A stretch of DNA of 64,000 nt. It comes from Planctomycetota bacterium (GTDB lineage: Bacteria; Planctomycetota; PLA2; JAEUHO01). This document shows, piece after piece, positions 10,742 through 19,607 of the stretch. Every line of letters starts with the position of its first letter. Position 1 is the stretch's first letter. The position numbers and the translations under genes are program-made. Location of the stretch: the NCBI GenBank assembly GCA_050248855.1, contig JBFWRP010000004.1, positions 128,001 to 192,000 on the forward strand, read 5' to 3'. A model generated the notes under the pieces. That model was not told where the DNA came from. It saw nothing but the letters and a program-made list of their open reading frames with translations, and did no database searches.

Positions 10742-11578
10742 CTACGCGCGCAGGGCCTCGGCGGCGCGGGCGCCCAACGCCGCCGCCGCCGTCAACGCAC
10801 CCTCCACCCGCACGCGCCGAGGGGGCGCCCCGTCGCCAGGGTCGTACCCCACGTCGAGACGCAGCACGCCATGGGCGAGCGTGGCGCGAGCCCCGACGGC
10901 AGCTGCCGGCGTCAGCCCCAGGCGCTCCAGCACGGCACGCTCGGCCGTGACGGAGGCCGCCGTCTCGACGTCGCCGCACGACTCGACGGCCTCGGCGGCC
11001 CGGGCGTCGTCGACCCGCACGAGCAGCGCCTGGGCGCCCTGGCCCGCGCGCGGCAGGAACGCCTCGCCCGCCGGTACGGCCCGCACGGAGAGGGCCAGCC
11101 CTTCGGCCGCGTCGGCGGCCAGGAGCGCGACGTCGGCCTCGCCCTCCACGACCGCGGCGAGAGCCGCCGCGGCATCCCGATGCGTCGTGACGGCCGTCGG
11201 CGGCTGGGGCAGCGCGCGTAGCCCCGAGACGCGCCACGCGTGGTCGGTGGCGACATGCGCAGCCGCCGGGATGTCGCGATCGGACGCCTGGCTGCGCACG
11301 AACCATGCGTCCGCCGGCGGCGCACGTCGCGGCACGCAGGCCACGTGCACGCGTGCAGGAGGCGGCGCGGGCACGTCGACGAGCGGCATTACCACGACGT
11401 CCACGCGGTCCTCGGCGAGGGCCTCGATCAAGCACGTGCGACGAGCGTCGGGGCAGTGCGCGTCGGCGGGCTCGACCCAGGCGAGGCACCACGCGCCCGC
11501 CAAGCGCTCGACGACCCGCTCGGCGGCCGCCCGCGCCGCCGGCGTGGTGCAGGCCCCGAGGCGCCACACGGCGTTCAC
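10742..11578 (-). CDS. Divergent porphobilinogen deaminase (HemC)-like protein, probably inactive
   Basis: IEALAEDRVDVVV, FLPRAGQGAQAL, VTAERAVLERLG and LGARAAEAL match the HemC pattern. GTG 11578 overlaps the xseA stop. Confidence 0.65.
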   Translation of the reverse strand: MNAVWRLGACTTPAARAAAERVVERLAGAWCLAWVEPADAHCPDARRTCLIEALAEDRVDVVVMPLVDVPAPPPARVHVACVPRRAPPADAWFVRSQASDRDIPAAAHVATDHAWRVSGLRALPQPPTAVTTHRDAAAALAAVVEGEADVALLAADAAEGLALSVRAVPAGEAFLPRAGQGAQALLVRVDDARAAEAVESCGDVETAASVTAERAVLERLGLTPAAAVGARATLAHGVLRLDVGYDPGDGAPPRRVRVEGALTAAAALGARAAEALRA

Positions 11579-12867
11579 GACGCCTGCTCGCCCGTTGGCG
11601 GTCGCACGACGTCGACGCGGCTCTCCACGTGGCCGCCGTCGCCGAAGCGCGTGACGAGCCGTGCGCCGGGGACGATGCCCTCGGTGGTCCGCACGAGACG
11701 CCCGCTCTCGTCCGTGACGAGCGACCAGCCGCGGGCCATGACGGCCAAGGGCGAGAGGGCCCGGAGCCGTCCCCCGAGCACGTCCAAGCGACCGCGACGC
11801 GTCGCGACCGCGCGAGGCGCCGCCGCGCCGAGCCGCCTCGACAGGTCTTCGCTTTGCTGACGCCAGCGCGCCAGGCGGTGCGCCGGTGCGGCCGCACGCA
11901 GGCGCACGGCGTCTTGGCCCAGGCGGGCACGCCAACGGGCCAGGAGCGCCCGTGGGCTCTTGAGCACGGGACGCTCGCCCAAGGCCTCGACACGCTGCCA
12001 CGCCGCATCGACGCGTGCGCGCAGGCGCCGGCCGAGTCGCTGGCCCTCGCGGTCGAGCGCGCGCAGCAGGTCCTCGCGCATCGGTGCGACCAGCTCGCCG
12101 GCATGCGACGGCGTCGCTGCCCGCACGTCGGCCACGAGGTCGGCGATCGTGACGTCGGTCTCGTGCCCGACGGCGCTCACGACCGGCACGTTGCATGCGG
12201 CGATCGCGCGCGCCACGACTTCCTCGTTGAAGCACCACAGGTCCTCGAGCGAACCTCCACCGCGCGCAAGCACGATCACGTCCGCGTTGGCCAGGGTGTC
12301 GGCCATGTGCAGGGCCAGCGCGATCTCCTGCGCGGCACCGCCGCCTTGCACGCGCGTCGGCACGAGCACGAGGCGAAGTCCCGGGTGCCGCTGGTGCAGC
12401 ACGCGAACGAGGTCGCGCACGGCGGCTCCCGTACGACTGGTGACCAGGGCGACCGTGCGGGGCAGCACGGGCAAGGGCTTCTTGCGCTCGGGGGCGAAGA
12501 GGCCTTCGGCCTCCAAGCGCGCACGCAGCATCTCGAAGGCGCGTTGCAGGGCGCCCGCGCCCACGGCTTCCAGCTGGCGGACGATCAGCTGGTAGCGCCC
12601 GTGCGGCGGGTACACGTCGATGCCGCCACGGGCCAGCACCTCCAAGCCGTCCTCGGGGGCCACGCGCAGCCGGGCCGCGGCCGAGCGCCAGATGACGGCG
12701 GGCAAGACGGCACCGGCGTCCTTGAGCGTGAGGTAGACGTGCCCGCTGGCCACGCGACGTGCTTGCGAGACCTCGCCGCGCACGACCACGTCGTCGAACG
12801 TGGCCCCGAGCACGCCGCGCAGCTCGTTCGTGAGCGTGCTGACGGTGAAGGGCTCGTCAGGCGTCAC
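11575..12867 (-). CDS. xseA: Exodeoxyribonuclease VII large subunit
   Basis: VRGEVS, SGHVYLTLKD, RGGGSLEDLWCFNEE and SAVGHETDVTIAD-VADVRAATPS motifs. Confidence 0.95.
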   Translation of the reverse strand: MTPDEPFTVSTLTNELRGVLGATFDDVVVRGEVSQARRVASGHVYLTLKDAGAVLPAVIWRSAAARLRVAPEDGLEVLARGGIDVYPPHGRYQLIVRQLEAVGAGALQRAFEMLRARLEAEGLFAPERKKPLPVLPRTVALVTSRTGAAVRDLVRVLHQRHPGLRLVLVPTRVQGGGAAQEIALALHMADTLANADVIVLARGGGSLEDLWCFNEEVVARAIAACNVPVVSAVGHETDVTIADLVADVRAATPSHAGELVAPMREDLLRALDREGQRLGRRLRARVDAAWQRVEALGERPVLKSPRALLARWRARLGQDAVRLRAAAPAHRLARWRQQSEDLSRRLGAAAPRAVATRRGRLDVLGGRLRALSPLAVMARGWSLVTDESGRLVRTTEGIVPGARLVTRFGDGGHVESRVDVVRPPTGEQAS

Positions 12868-13676
12868 GCTCCTCCTTCGTTCTCCGCGTCGTCGGGGACC
12901 GCAAGCCACAGCCCCTCGATCCTGGTCGTGGCCCCGCGCGCGGGGTCGATCTCGGCCCACACGGCGCCCAGGCGGACGTCGCCCGAGGCCACCTCGAAGG
13001 GATGGTGCACGCCAGTCCTCATCTTGGCGAGCACGGCGGTTGCGCTGCGCCCGATCACGCCCTCGTAGGGGCCCGTCATGCCGCAGTCGGTGATGTAGCC
13101 AAGGCCCTGCGGTCGGATCGTGGCGTCGGCCGTGGGCACGTGCGTGTGGGTCCCGAAGAGGAGCGCCACACGGCCGTCCAGGTGCCATGAGAGGGCGATC
13201 TTCTCGCTCGTGGCCTCGGCGTGGATGTCCACCACGACGACGTCGGCCTCCGCCCGACAGGCCTCGACCTCGCGGTCGGCGGCCTCGAGCAGGTCGTCGG
13301 CGGGGCCCATGAAGACGCGTCCCTGCAGGTGCACGACGCCGACGCGTACGCCGGATGCCAGGGTGACCACCGCGCGCCCGCGACCCGGGGCGGCGCCCGG
13401 CCAGTTCGCCGGGCGGAGCAGCGTCGGATCCTCGTCGAAGAGCGCCAGACCCTCGCGACGCTTGAAGGCGTGGTCGCCCATCGTGACCACGTCCACGCCC
13501 GGGGCGCGGACCTCGCGAAGCACCCTGGGCGTGATCCCGCTGCCGGACGCGGCGTTCTCGGCGTTCACGACGACGAAGTCGATCGCGCGCTCGGCCCGCA
13601 GCCGAGGCAGGTGCCACGCCAGGGCCCTGCGGCCCGGTCGACCCACGACATCGCCTACGGCAAGGACGCCGATCAT
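12864..13676 (-). CDS. YmdB/TIGR00282 family metallophosphoesterase
   Basis: GDVVGRPG, NAENAASG, DIHAEATSEK, GTHTHVPTAD and TDCGMTGP motifs. Confidence 0.92.
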   Translation of the reverse strand: MIGVLAVGDVVGRPGRRALAWHLPRLRAERAIDFVVVNAENAASGSGITPRVLREVRAPGVDVVTMGDHAFKRREGLALFDEDPTLLRPANWPGAAPGRGRAVVTLASGVRVGVVHLQGRVFMGPADDLLEAADREVEACRAEADVVVVDIHAEATSEKIALSWHLDGRVALLFGTHTHVPTADATIRPQGLGYITDCGMTGPYEGVIGRSATAVLAKMRTGVHHPFEVASGDVRLGAVWAEIDPARGATTRIEGLWLAVPDDAENEGGA

Positions 13677-15352
13677 CGAACGGCGACGAAGCTCCAGCCG
13701 CTCGCGGCCCAGGCATCGACGAGGTCCGGGGCCCGCGCCACGACGATCCGCAAGCCCTGCGGAGGCAAGTCCTGCGTGCCGGTGCGCGCGCCGTGGCGGA
13801 TCCCGTCGCGCAGCACCAGGCCCACTTCGCCCGACGCCCGGTCCACGACCACGCGGGCATCGCGCGCGCGGAAGATGTCGTCGGCGTTGCCCTGGGTGTC
13901 GTAGCGCACGAGCGTCAGGCCGGACACGGCTCCGCCGTCGACACGGTCGACGCCCGTCACCTGGAACCAGCCGCGCCCGGGACCGCGAGCGCGCTGCAGC
14001 AAACCGTTGATGCCGTTGCGCGCCCCCTGCGTCACGAGGATCGAGGACGGGGGCGCGTCGCGGGGAGCAGCCACTTCCGGCACGACGGGCGCGGAGCCGG
14101 CTGGCGGCACGGCGCGGGGCCCGTCCAGGGAAACGTCCTCGTCACCGCCGTCACGACGACGAACGATGGGCGGCGGCATGTCCGAGGTCGGCGGCGGCGC
14201 CGGGGGGGGGGCCGGGCGGACTTCGGGGGCGGAGGGGGTGCCCGGCGGCACGAGCAGCGGGGCGTCCTCCTTGGGTTCGCTCGGCAGGGGCCCCAGGTCA
14301 CGCACGGCCCAGGGGTCGTCGCCCGTCAAGACCGGCTGTTCGGGCGGCGGCACCTCGGTCGCGCCCTCGTCGGCTCCAGGCGCCGTCCCGTCCGCGGTGT
14401 CGGGCTGGGGCGGGCCGGGATCGGCGACGATGACGTTCGGGACGCCAGCCGGCCGCGAGCCGTCGTCGTCATCGTCGCCGCTGGATATGCCCAGCGCTCG
14501 ATCCCCCAGCCGCGTGCGCAAGTCGAGCGTGGTGTTGCGCAGCTCGGAGATCTCCTTCTCGAGGCGCTGCACGACCGTGTCGTGCGCCATGCGCTCGCGC
14601 TCCAGGCGCTCGACCTCACGGGCCAGGAGCTCGCGGGCGACGGCCGCCTCCTGCCCGCGCGCGACGCGCTGTGCCAGGTCTTCGTTCTCGCCCTCGAGCA
14701 CGCGACGGGCGCGCTGCGCGAGCGCGAGCTCGTCGAGCTTCTCGTCCAGGAGGGCGCCCGCTTCCTGCGACCGCTTGCGCGCGACGTCGGCTTCCGCTTC
14801 GAGACGCTCGATGTCGCGCTCGCGGGCCGCACGGCCTTCGGCGTGGCCCGCCTCGAAGCTGCTGCGAACCTCGCGGGCGATCTCGGTGGTGTTGATGCGA
14901 CCCACCTCGCCGTTGCGGCGGATGGCTTCCGTGAGGGCGACGATGCCGCCGACCAACACCAGCAGCAGGCCAAGCACGGCCAGCGGCACCAAGCGCGAGC
15001 GCTTGGCGGCCGGCGCCGCCTCGAGGCGCTCGAGCAAGGAGCGCTGGATCGTGGCCAGGCCGCGGAACGTCTCGTTGAGGGCCTGCGTGGACTGCAAGAC
15101 GAGCTCGCTGCGGTCGCTGCGCTGGACGGCGCGGGCCAGCTCGCCCTGCAACGCCTCGAGGCGATGCAGCGCCTCCGCGTTGAGGCGGAACGCCTGCACG
15201 AGGTCGCCCGGCGCGCCGCGGGAGAGCCGGGGCTCGTCCCGCTCCCCCAAGCTGCCGCCGCTCGCCTGCACGACCCACTGCATGCCGCCGGACTTCTGCG
15301 GACGCTCGTCGTCCTCGGGAGGCAGCGGCGTGGGGTCCGACGTCGCGCTCAT
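13673..15352 (-). CDS. Hypothetical membrane-anchored coiled-coil protein with a Pro-rich linker and C-terminal beta domain
   Basis: 559-aa ORF overlapping both neighbours. It has a TM segment (LVPLAVLGLLLVLVGGIVAL), an E/R/L-rich helical region and a Pro/Asp-rich tract. Confidence 0.75.
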   Translation of the reverse strand: MSATSDPTPLPPEDDERPQKSGGMQWVVQASGGSLGERDEPRLSRGAPGDLVQAFRLNAEALHRLEALQGELARAVQRSDRSELVLQSTQALNETFRGLATIQRSLLERLEAAPAAKRSRLVPLAVLGLLLVLVGGIVALTEAIRRNGEVGRINTTEIAREVRSSFEAGHAEGRAARERDIERLEAEADVARKRSQEAGALLDEKLDELALAQRARRVLEGENEDLAQRVARGQEAAVARELLAREVERLERERMAHDTVVQRLEKEISELRNTTLDLRTRLGDRALGISSGDDDDDGSRPAGVPNVIVADPGPPQPDTADGTAPGADEGATEVPPPEQPVLTGDDPWAVRDLGPLPSEPKEDAPLLVPPGTPSAPEVRPAPPPAPPPTSDMPPPIVRRRDGGDEDVSLDGPRAVPPAGSAPVVPEVAAPRDAPPSSILVTQGARNGINGLLQRARGPGRGWFQVTGVDRVDGGAVSGLTLVRYDTQGNADDIFRARDARVVVDRASGEVGLVLRDGIRHGARTGTQDLPPQGLRIVVARAPDLVDAWAASGWSFVAVR

Positions 15353-16026
15353 CGCAACAGCTCCTCCACGTCGGACGCCTCCCGACTGACGACCAACCGC
15401 CGGAGCTCGTCCTGCGTCCTCTGACGCGGCGACCAGGGCGCTCCGTCCGCCGCGCTGACACCCTCGGCCCGGGTCAGGTCGACGGCTTGGTCGAAGGGTA
15501 CGAGGAGCGAGACGGTTCCCCCCGCGGGGACCTCGACGCGGTCCTGGAGCGGGCCGAGGACGCGCAGCACGAAGGCGAAGCCCTCAGGCGGCGACCAGCT
15601 GCCCTCCGCCACACGGCGGGACAAGTCCAAGGTGGACGAGGTCCGGCCCCCGGGCAGGCGGACGCGCACGGTTCCGTCCCCCACGTCCAGGGTCCGCGGG
15701 GTGCTTCCGGCGTTGGCCACGACCAATCGGGCAAAGCCCAGCTGCGGGCCGTCACCCCAGTCCAGGTGCTCGTTCCACTGTTCGGCGTGCAGCTCGTCCG
15801 GGCCCGGGTCGCCCATGACCGGCGCCAGCACCCCGCGCAGCTCGTCCGCGAGGTCGCCGACCCACACGCTGACACCGGCAGGCGGCAGGCGCCGCTCGTG
15901 ACCGGGACCGACGTCGTCGTCGCTGGACCTGAGGGGGCCCAAAAACCAGACGACGCCCGCCATGGCGACGGCAAAGAGCGCCGTCATGACCACGGCAGGC
16001 GTCCAGTCGGGTCGGGTCGGCTGCAC
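15349..16026 (-). CDS. Hypothetical protein with an N-terminal TM
   Basis: 225-aa ORF with a hydrophobic N-terminus; its stop overlaps the next start. Confidence 0.7.
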   Translation of the reverse strand: MQPTRPDWTPAVVMTALFAVAMAGVVWFLGPLRSSDDDVGPGHERRLPPAGVSVWVGDLADELRGVLAPVMGDPGPDELHAEQWNEHLDWGDGPQLGFARLVVANAGSTPRTLDVGDGTVRVRLPGGRTSSTLDLSRRVAEGSWSPPEGFAFVLRVLGPLQDRVEVPAGGTVSLLVPFDQAVDLTRAEGVSAADGAPWSPRQRTQDELRRLVVSREASDVEELLR

Positions 16027-16065
16027 CTGGCCTCGGGAGGGTGGGCCCTCTAGGCGCCGATGCGC

Positions 16066-17109
16066 CTACTCGTCCGGGTCCACCCAAGGCGCCTTGCGCT
16101 TGTTCTTGTGATCGCGGAACCACTCATCGAACTGCGCCATCGTGGACAGCGCCTCGTTGGTATCGGGGTTGACCGGGTTGCCGGCGTAGTACGCGACGAC
16201 GGGCACCGTGAAGGTGCGGATGTCGTCCCAGAACCGCTTCTTGGCCTGGTCCTTGGGGTCGGTGCTGCTGTTGTTCGCCGCGCTCTCGACGCCCACGTAC
16301 GTGCGAACGAACTGCTCGACGAGGTCGTAGCGCAGGCTGCCCGGCACGTCGGAGAACTTGATCAGGGCCTTGTGCGCCGCGACGAGCCACATCACCTCGT
16401 TGTTCTTGGCGTGGCTGTAGTTCTCGAGCATCCACGCGACGCTGTTGAACGTGTTGAGGTCGCCGAGCGCGCCGAACGCCGCCTGGAGCACGTCGCTGGA
16501 GAGGTCGTACTTGGCCTTGTGGAGGCCCTCGATCTCCTTCATCAGCTTCTTGGCGAGGTCCTCGCGCGCGTCGACGTTCTCCTTGACGACCGGATCCTCC
16601 TTGACCTTTGCAGGGCTTCCGGGGAACGCCGCGCCCATCGCGCCGATCACCTGCGCAGCCTTCATGTTGACCTCGTTGCGCTCGTTGGTCTCGCGAGACA
16701 GCTTGGTCAACCCGAGGGCCTTGAAGATCGCCTTCTCGGCCTTCTTCCGGTAGTCGGCGAAGTCCTTCTCGAACTTCTTCAGGTCCTGTTCGTACTTGTC
16801 CTTCTCCTCTTGGGGAGCGTCGTCGGCGGGCTTCTCGGGGGCCTTGATGGCGCGGAAGTGACCACCGACGAGGTCGAGGTACTGGATGATCTCGTCGTTG
16901 ATGGACTTCCTGTTCTTCAGCGCGTCCTCGAGCTTCTCGAGGTCCGCCAGGGCCTCCGGCATCTCGGCGGCCGGCGCCTCCGGAGCTGCCTCCGGGCCTT
17001 CCGCCAGGGCCGAACGACCAGGGACCCCAACGAGCAGGCCGCTCGCGGCGCAGAAGAGGAGCGCGGCGCCGAGGCGCCACGGGCGGGACGGGAGGGAGCA
17101 TTCGGTCAT
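16066..17109 (-). CDS. Secreted alpha-helical hypothetical protein (Lys/Glu-rich)
   Basis: ATG 17109 follows GGAG. Signal-peptide-like N-terminus, strong GC3 codon bias and a natural amino-acid composition. Confidence 0.82.
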   Translation of the reverse strand: MTECSLPSRPWRLGAALLFCAASGLLVGVPGRSALAEGPEAAPEAPAAEMPEALADLEKLEDALKNRKSINDEIIQYLDLVGGHFRAIKAPEKPADDAPQEEKDKYEQDLKKFEKDFADYRKKAEKAIFKALGLTKLSRETNERNEVNMKAAQVIGAMGAAFPGSPAKVKEDPVVKENVDAREDLAKKLMKEIEGLHKAKYDLSSDVLQAAFGALGDLNTFNSVAWMLENYSHAKNNEVMWLVAAHKALIKFSDVPGSLRYDLVEQFVRTYVGVESAANNSSTDPKDQAKKRFWDDIRTFTVPVVAYYAGNPVNPDTNEALSTMAQFDEWFRDHKNKRKAPWVDPDE

Positions 17110-17277
17110 GGTTCGGTCTCCGGAACGGACCAGGGGCGGCTCCATCCTACGGCAAGCACGGCCTACCCGTGGCGGGTCGAGGACGCCGAGCGTCCTGGTC
17201 AGGGGACGCGGAGCGCTCGGGAGCGTGTTCCGCGACCTCGTACCGAGGTCTGTGCAAAGGCCCTGCCACTGGGCCCC

Positions 17278-17283
17278 TACAAT
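17278..17283 (+). promoter_or_regulatory. Putative -10 element TACAAT, leaderless spacing
   Basis: TACAAT, then 6 nt, then the GTG start of the pabB-like gene. Confidence 0.6.
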
Positions 17284-17289
17284 CCGCGC

Positions 17290-18699
17290 GTGACCGGGCG
17301 CCCCCCTGCAGCCGCAGCCACCGCGCGCCGCGCCGCCCGCGTCGTGGCCCTCGCGCCGCTGGCAGCGCCCGGCGGCCCGGTCCAGCTCATGGCGGCCTGG
17401 GCCGGACGCCGGCACCTGGCCGCTCGCGTCGTGGGCGGGCGGGGGCACCGCGGGACGCCGTGGTCCTACGTGGCGTGCGACCCCGTCGACGTGCTGGACG
17501 TCCAGCGCTGGCCGCGGGGTCGACGGCTCGCGGACGTGCTCGCGCCGCTGGCCGCCCCCGCCGAGCCTCCGCGCGGCGCAGGGCTCCCGCCGTTCGCGGG
17601 GGGCTGGCTCGGCATGCTCGGGTACGAGGCGCGAAGCGGCGTGGAAGTCACGCCCGCGGCACGCCGCCCGCCGCTGGGGTTCCCCGTGGTGTGGTTCGGC
17701 CGCTACGAGCGCCTCGTGGCCTTCGACCACGCCAAGGGCCGTGCCTGGGCGGTCGCCGCGGGGCGCGACACGCGCCACGCAGAGCGGGCGGCACGCGCGC
17801 TGGCCAGCGAGGCCCGCGGTGCGCTCGCCGCCGTCCCCACGGACTCCGACGTGGCCACGAGCGGCGCCCCGCAGCCGGCGTGGCCGCGCGCGCGCTTCTT
17901 GGCGGCGGTCCGCGCGGCCCGCGCGGCGATCTTGCGGGGCGACATCTTCCAGACCAACGTGAGCCAGCGCATCGACGCTCGCGTGGCGGGGCCGTCGGTC
18001 GCATGGTTTGCCCGCCTGGCCGCGGCCCAGCCCGCGCCCTACATGACCTTCCTGGACCTCGGCAGCGAGCGCGCCGCGCTCTCGGCGAGCCCCGAGCGCT
18101 TCCTCCGCCTGCGTGGCCGCACGGTGGAGACCGAGCCGATGAAGGGCACGCGTCCGCGCGGAGCAACGCGCGAGGCCGACGCGGCGCTGCGCGAGGAGCT
18201 CCTCGGCAGCGTCAAGGACCGCGCCGAGCTGGCCATGATCGTCGACCTGGCCCGCAACGACCTGGCGCGCTCGTGCCGCGCGGGAAGCGTGCGCGTGGTC
18301 ACGCCGCGCCGGCTCGTGCGCTTCGCCCGCGTCCATCAGGCCATCGGCATCGTGCGCGGCACGCTTCGCCCGGGCGTCGACCGCCTCGAAGCGCTCGCTG
18401 CCGCCTTCCCACCCGGCAGCGTGACGGGCGCCCCCAAGGTGCGGGCCATGGAGATCCTCGACGAGATCGAAGGCGAAGCGCGCGGACCCTACTGCGGCGC
18501 GCTCGGATGGCTGGACGACCGGGGCGACATGGACCTCGCCGTGGCCATCCGGACGATCGTGAGGCACGGCAACCGCGTCGCCTATCGGGTGGGCGGAGGC
18601 ATCACGCTGGGCAGCGATCCCGTGGCCGAGTGGGAGGAGACGATCACGAAGGGCCGCGGCCTGTTCGCCGCGCTCGCGGGCCGCGAGGACCCGACGTGA
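17290..18699 (+). CDS. pabB: Aminodeoxychorismate synthase component I / anthranilate synthase component I family
   Basis: GDIFQTNVSQR, SASPERFL, PMKGTRPRG, MIVDLARND and FPPGSVTGAPK motifs. Confidence 0.85.
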   Translation: MTGRPPAAAATARRAARVVALAPLAAPGGPVQLMAAWAGRRHLAARVVGGRGHRGTPWSYVACDPVDVLDVQRWPRGRRLADVLAPLAAPAEPPRGAGLPPFAGGWLGMLGYEARSGVEVTPAARRPPLGFPVVWFGRYERLVAFDHAKGRAWAVAAGRDTRHAERAARALASEARGALAAVPTDSDVATSGAPQPAWPRARFLAAVRAARAAILRGDIFQTNVSQRIDARVAGPSVAWFARLAAAQPAPYMTFLDLGSERAALSASPERFLRLRGRTVETEPMKGTRPRGATREADAALREELLGSVKDRAELAMIVDLARNDLARSCRAGSVRVVTPRRLVRFARVHQAIGIVRGTLRPGVDRLEALAAAFPPGSVTGAPKVRAMEILDEIEGEARGPYCGALGWLDDRGDMDLAVAIRTIVRHGNRVAYRVGGGITLGSDPVAEWEETITKGRGLFAALAGREDPT

Positions 18700-19607
18700 G
18701 CGCGCGGCTCATGCCCCTCGTCGAGCGCTTCCTCGTGCACATGGAGGCGGCGCGCAACCTGTCGCCGCACACCCTGCGCGCCTACGGCGGCGACCTCGAC
18801 GAGCTCGTCACGTCGCTGGCCGGGCGCGGCATCGACCGCGCCGATGCCGTGGACTTGCTCGTGCTACGCCGCCATCTCGTCGGGCTGGCCGACCGCGGCC
18901 TCGGGCAGCGCTCCATCGCACGCAAGATCAGCGCGATCCGGGCGTTCTTCCGCTGGCATGCGGCCGAGGCCGGCAGGGACCACGACCCGGCGCGCGGCTT
19001 GCGATCTCCGCGGCGGCGGCGCGCGCTGCCCGACGTGCTCGACCGCGGCGAGGTCGAGCGCTTGCTGGCGGCACCGGGCAGCGAGGACTGGCGCGCGCTG
19101 CGCGACGCTGCCCTGCTCGAGACGCTCTACAGCACGGGCGGTCGCGTCGGCGAGATGAGTGCCCTGGACGTCGCCCACGTGGACCTGGTCGGGGGCACGG
19201 CCCTCTTGCAGGGCAAAGGACGCCGGGAACGCTTGGCCGGTCTCGGCAACCCGTGTCTGGAAGCGATCGAAGCGTATCTCGCTGCACTCGCGCGAGCCCG
19301 CGTGCGGCGCGACCCGCGCCCGCTGTTCGTCAACCACCGGGGCTGGCGGCTGACGACGCGCGGCATGGCCCTGGCGGTGGAGCGCCACGCGCGCGCCGTG
19401 GGCCTCGAGGGCCGCGTCACACCGCACACCTTGCGCCACAGCTTCGCCACGCACATGCTGGAAGCGGGGGCCAACCTGCGCGAAGTGCAGGAGCTGTTGG
19501 GGCACCGCGACGTGAGCAGCACCCAGATCTACACGCACCTCACGTTGGACCACGTCCGTGCCGTGTACGAGCGTGCCCACCCGCGCGCCCGCGGAGCGGC
19601 CTCGTGA
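18696..19607 (+). CDS. xerC: Tyrosine recombinase XerC/XerD family
   Basis: YSTGGRVGE, GKGRRER, PHTLRHSFATH, VQELLGH and TQIYTH motifs; catalytic residues are intact. Confidence 0.88.
   Translation: MSARLMPLVERFLVHMEAARNLSPHTLRAYGGDLDELVTSLAGRGIDRADAVDLLVLRRHLVGLADRGLGQRSIARKISAIRAFFRWHAAEAGRDHDPARGLRSPRRRRALPDVLDRGEVERLLAAPGSEDWRALRDAALLETLYSTGGRVGEMSALDVAHVDLVGGTALLQGKGRRERLAGLGNPCLEAIEAYLAALARARVRRDPRPLFVNHRGWRLTTRGMALAVERHARAVGLEGRVTPHTLRHSFATHMLEAGANLREVQELLGHRDVSSTQIYTHLTLDHVRAVYERAHPRARGAAS

Noticed and set aside
16066..17109. Horizontally acquired low-GC island
   Set aside because: The lower GC reflects Lys/Asn/Glu-rich coding. Third codon positions remain G/C-rich like the host genes.
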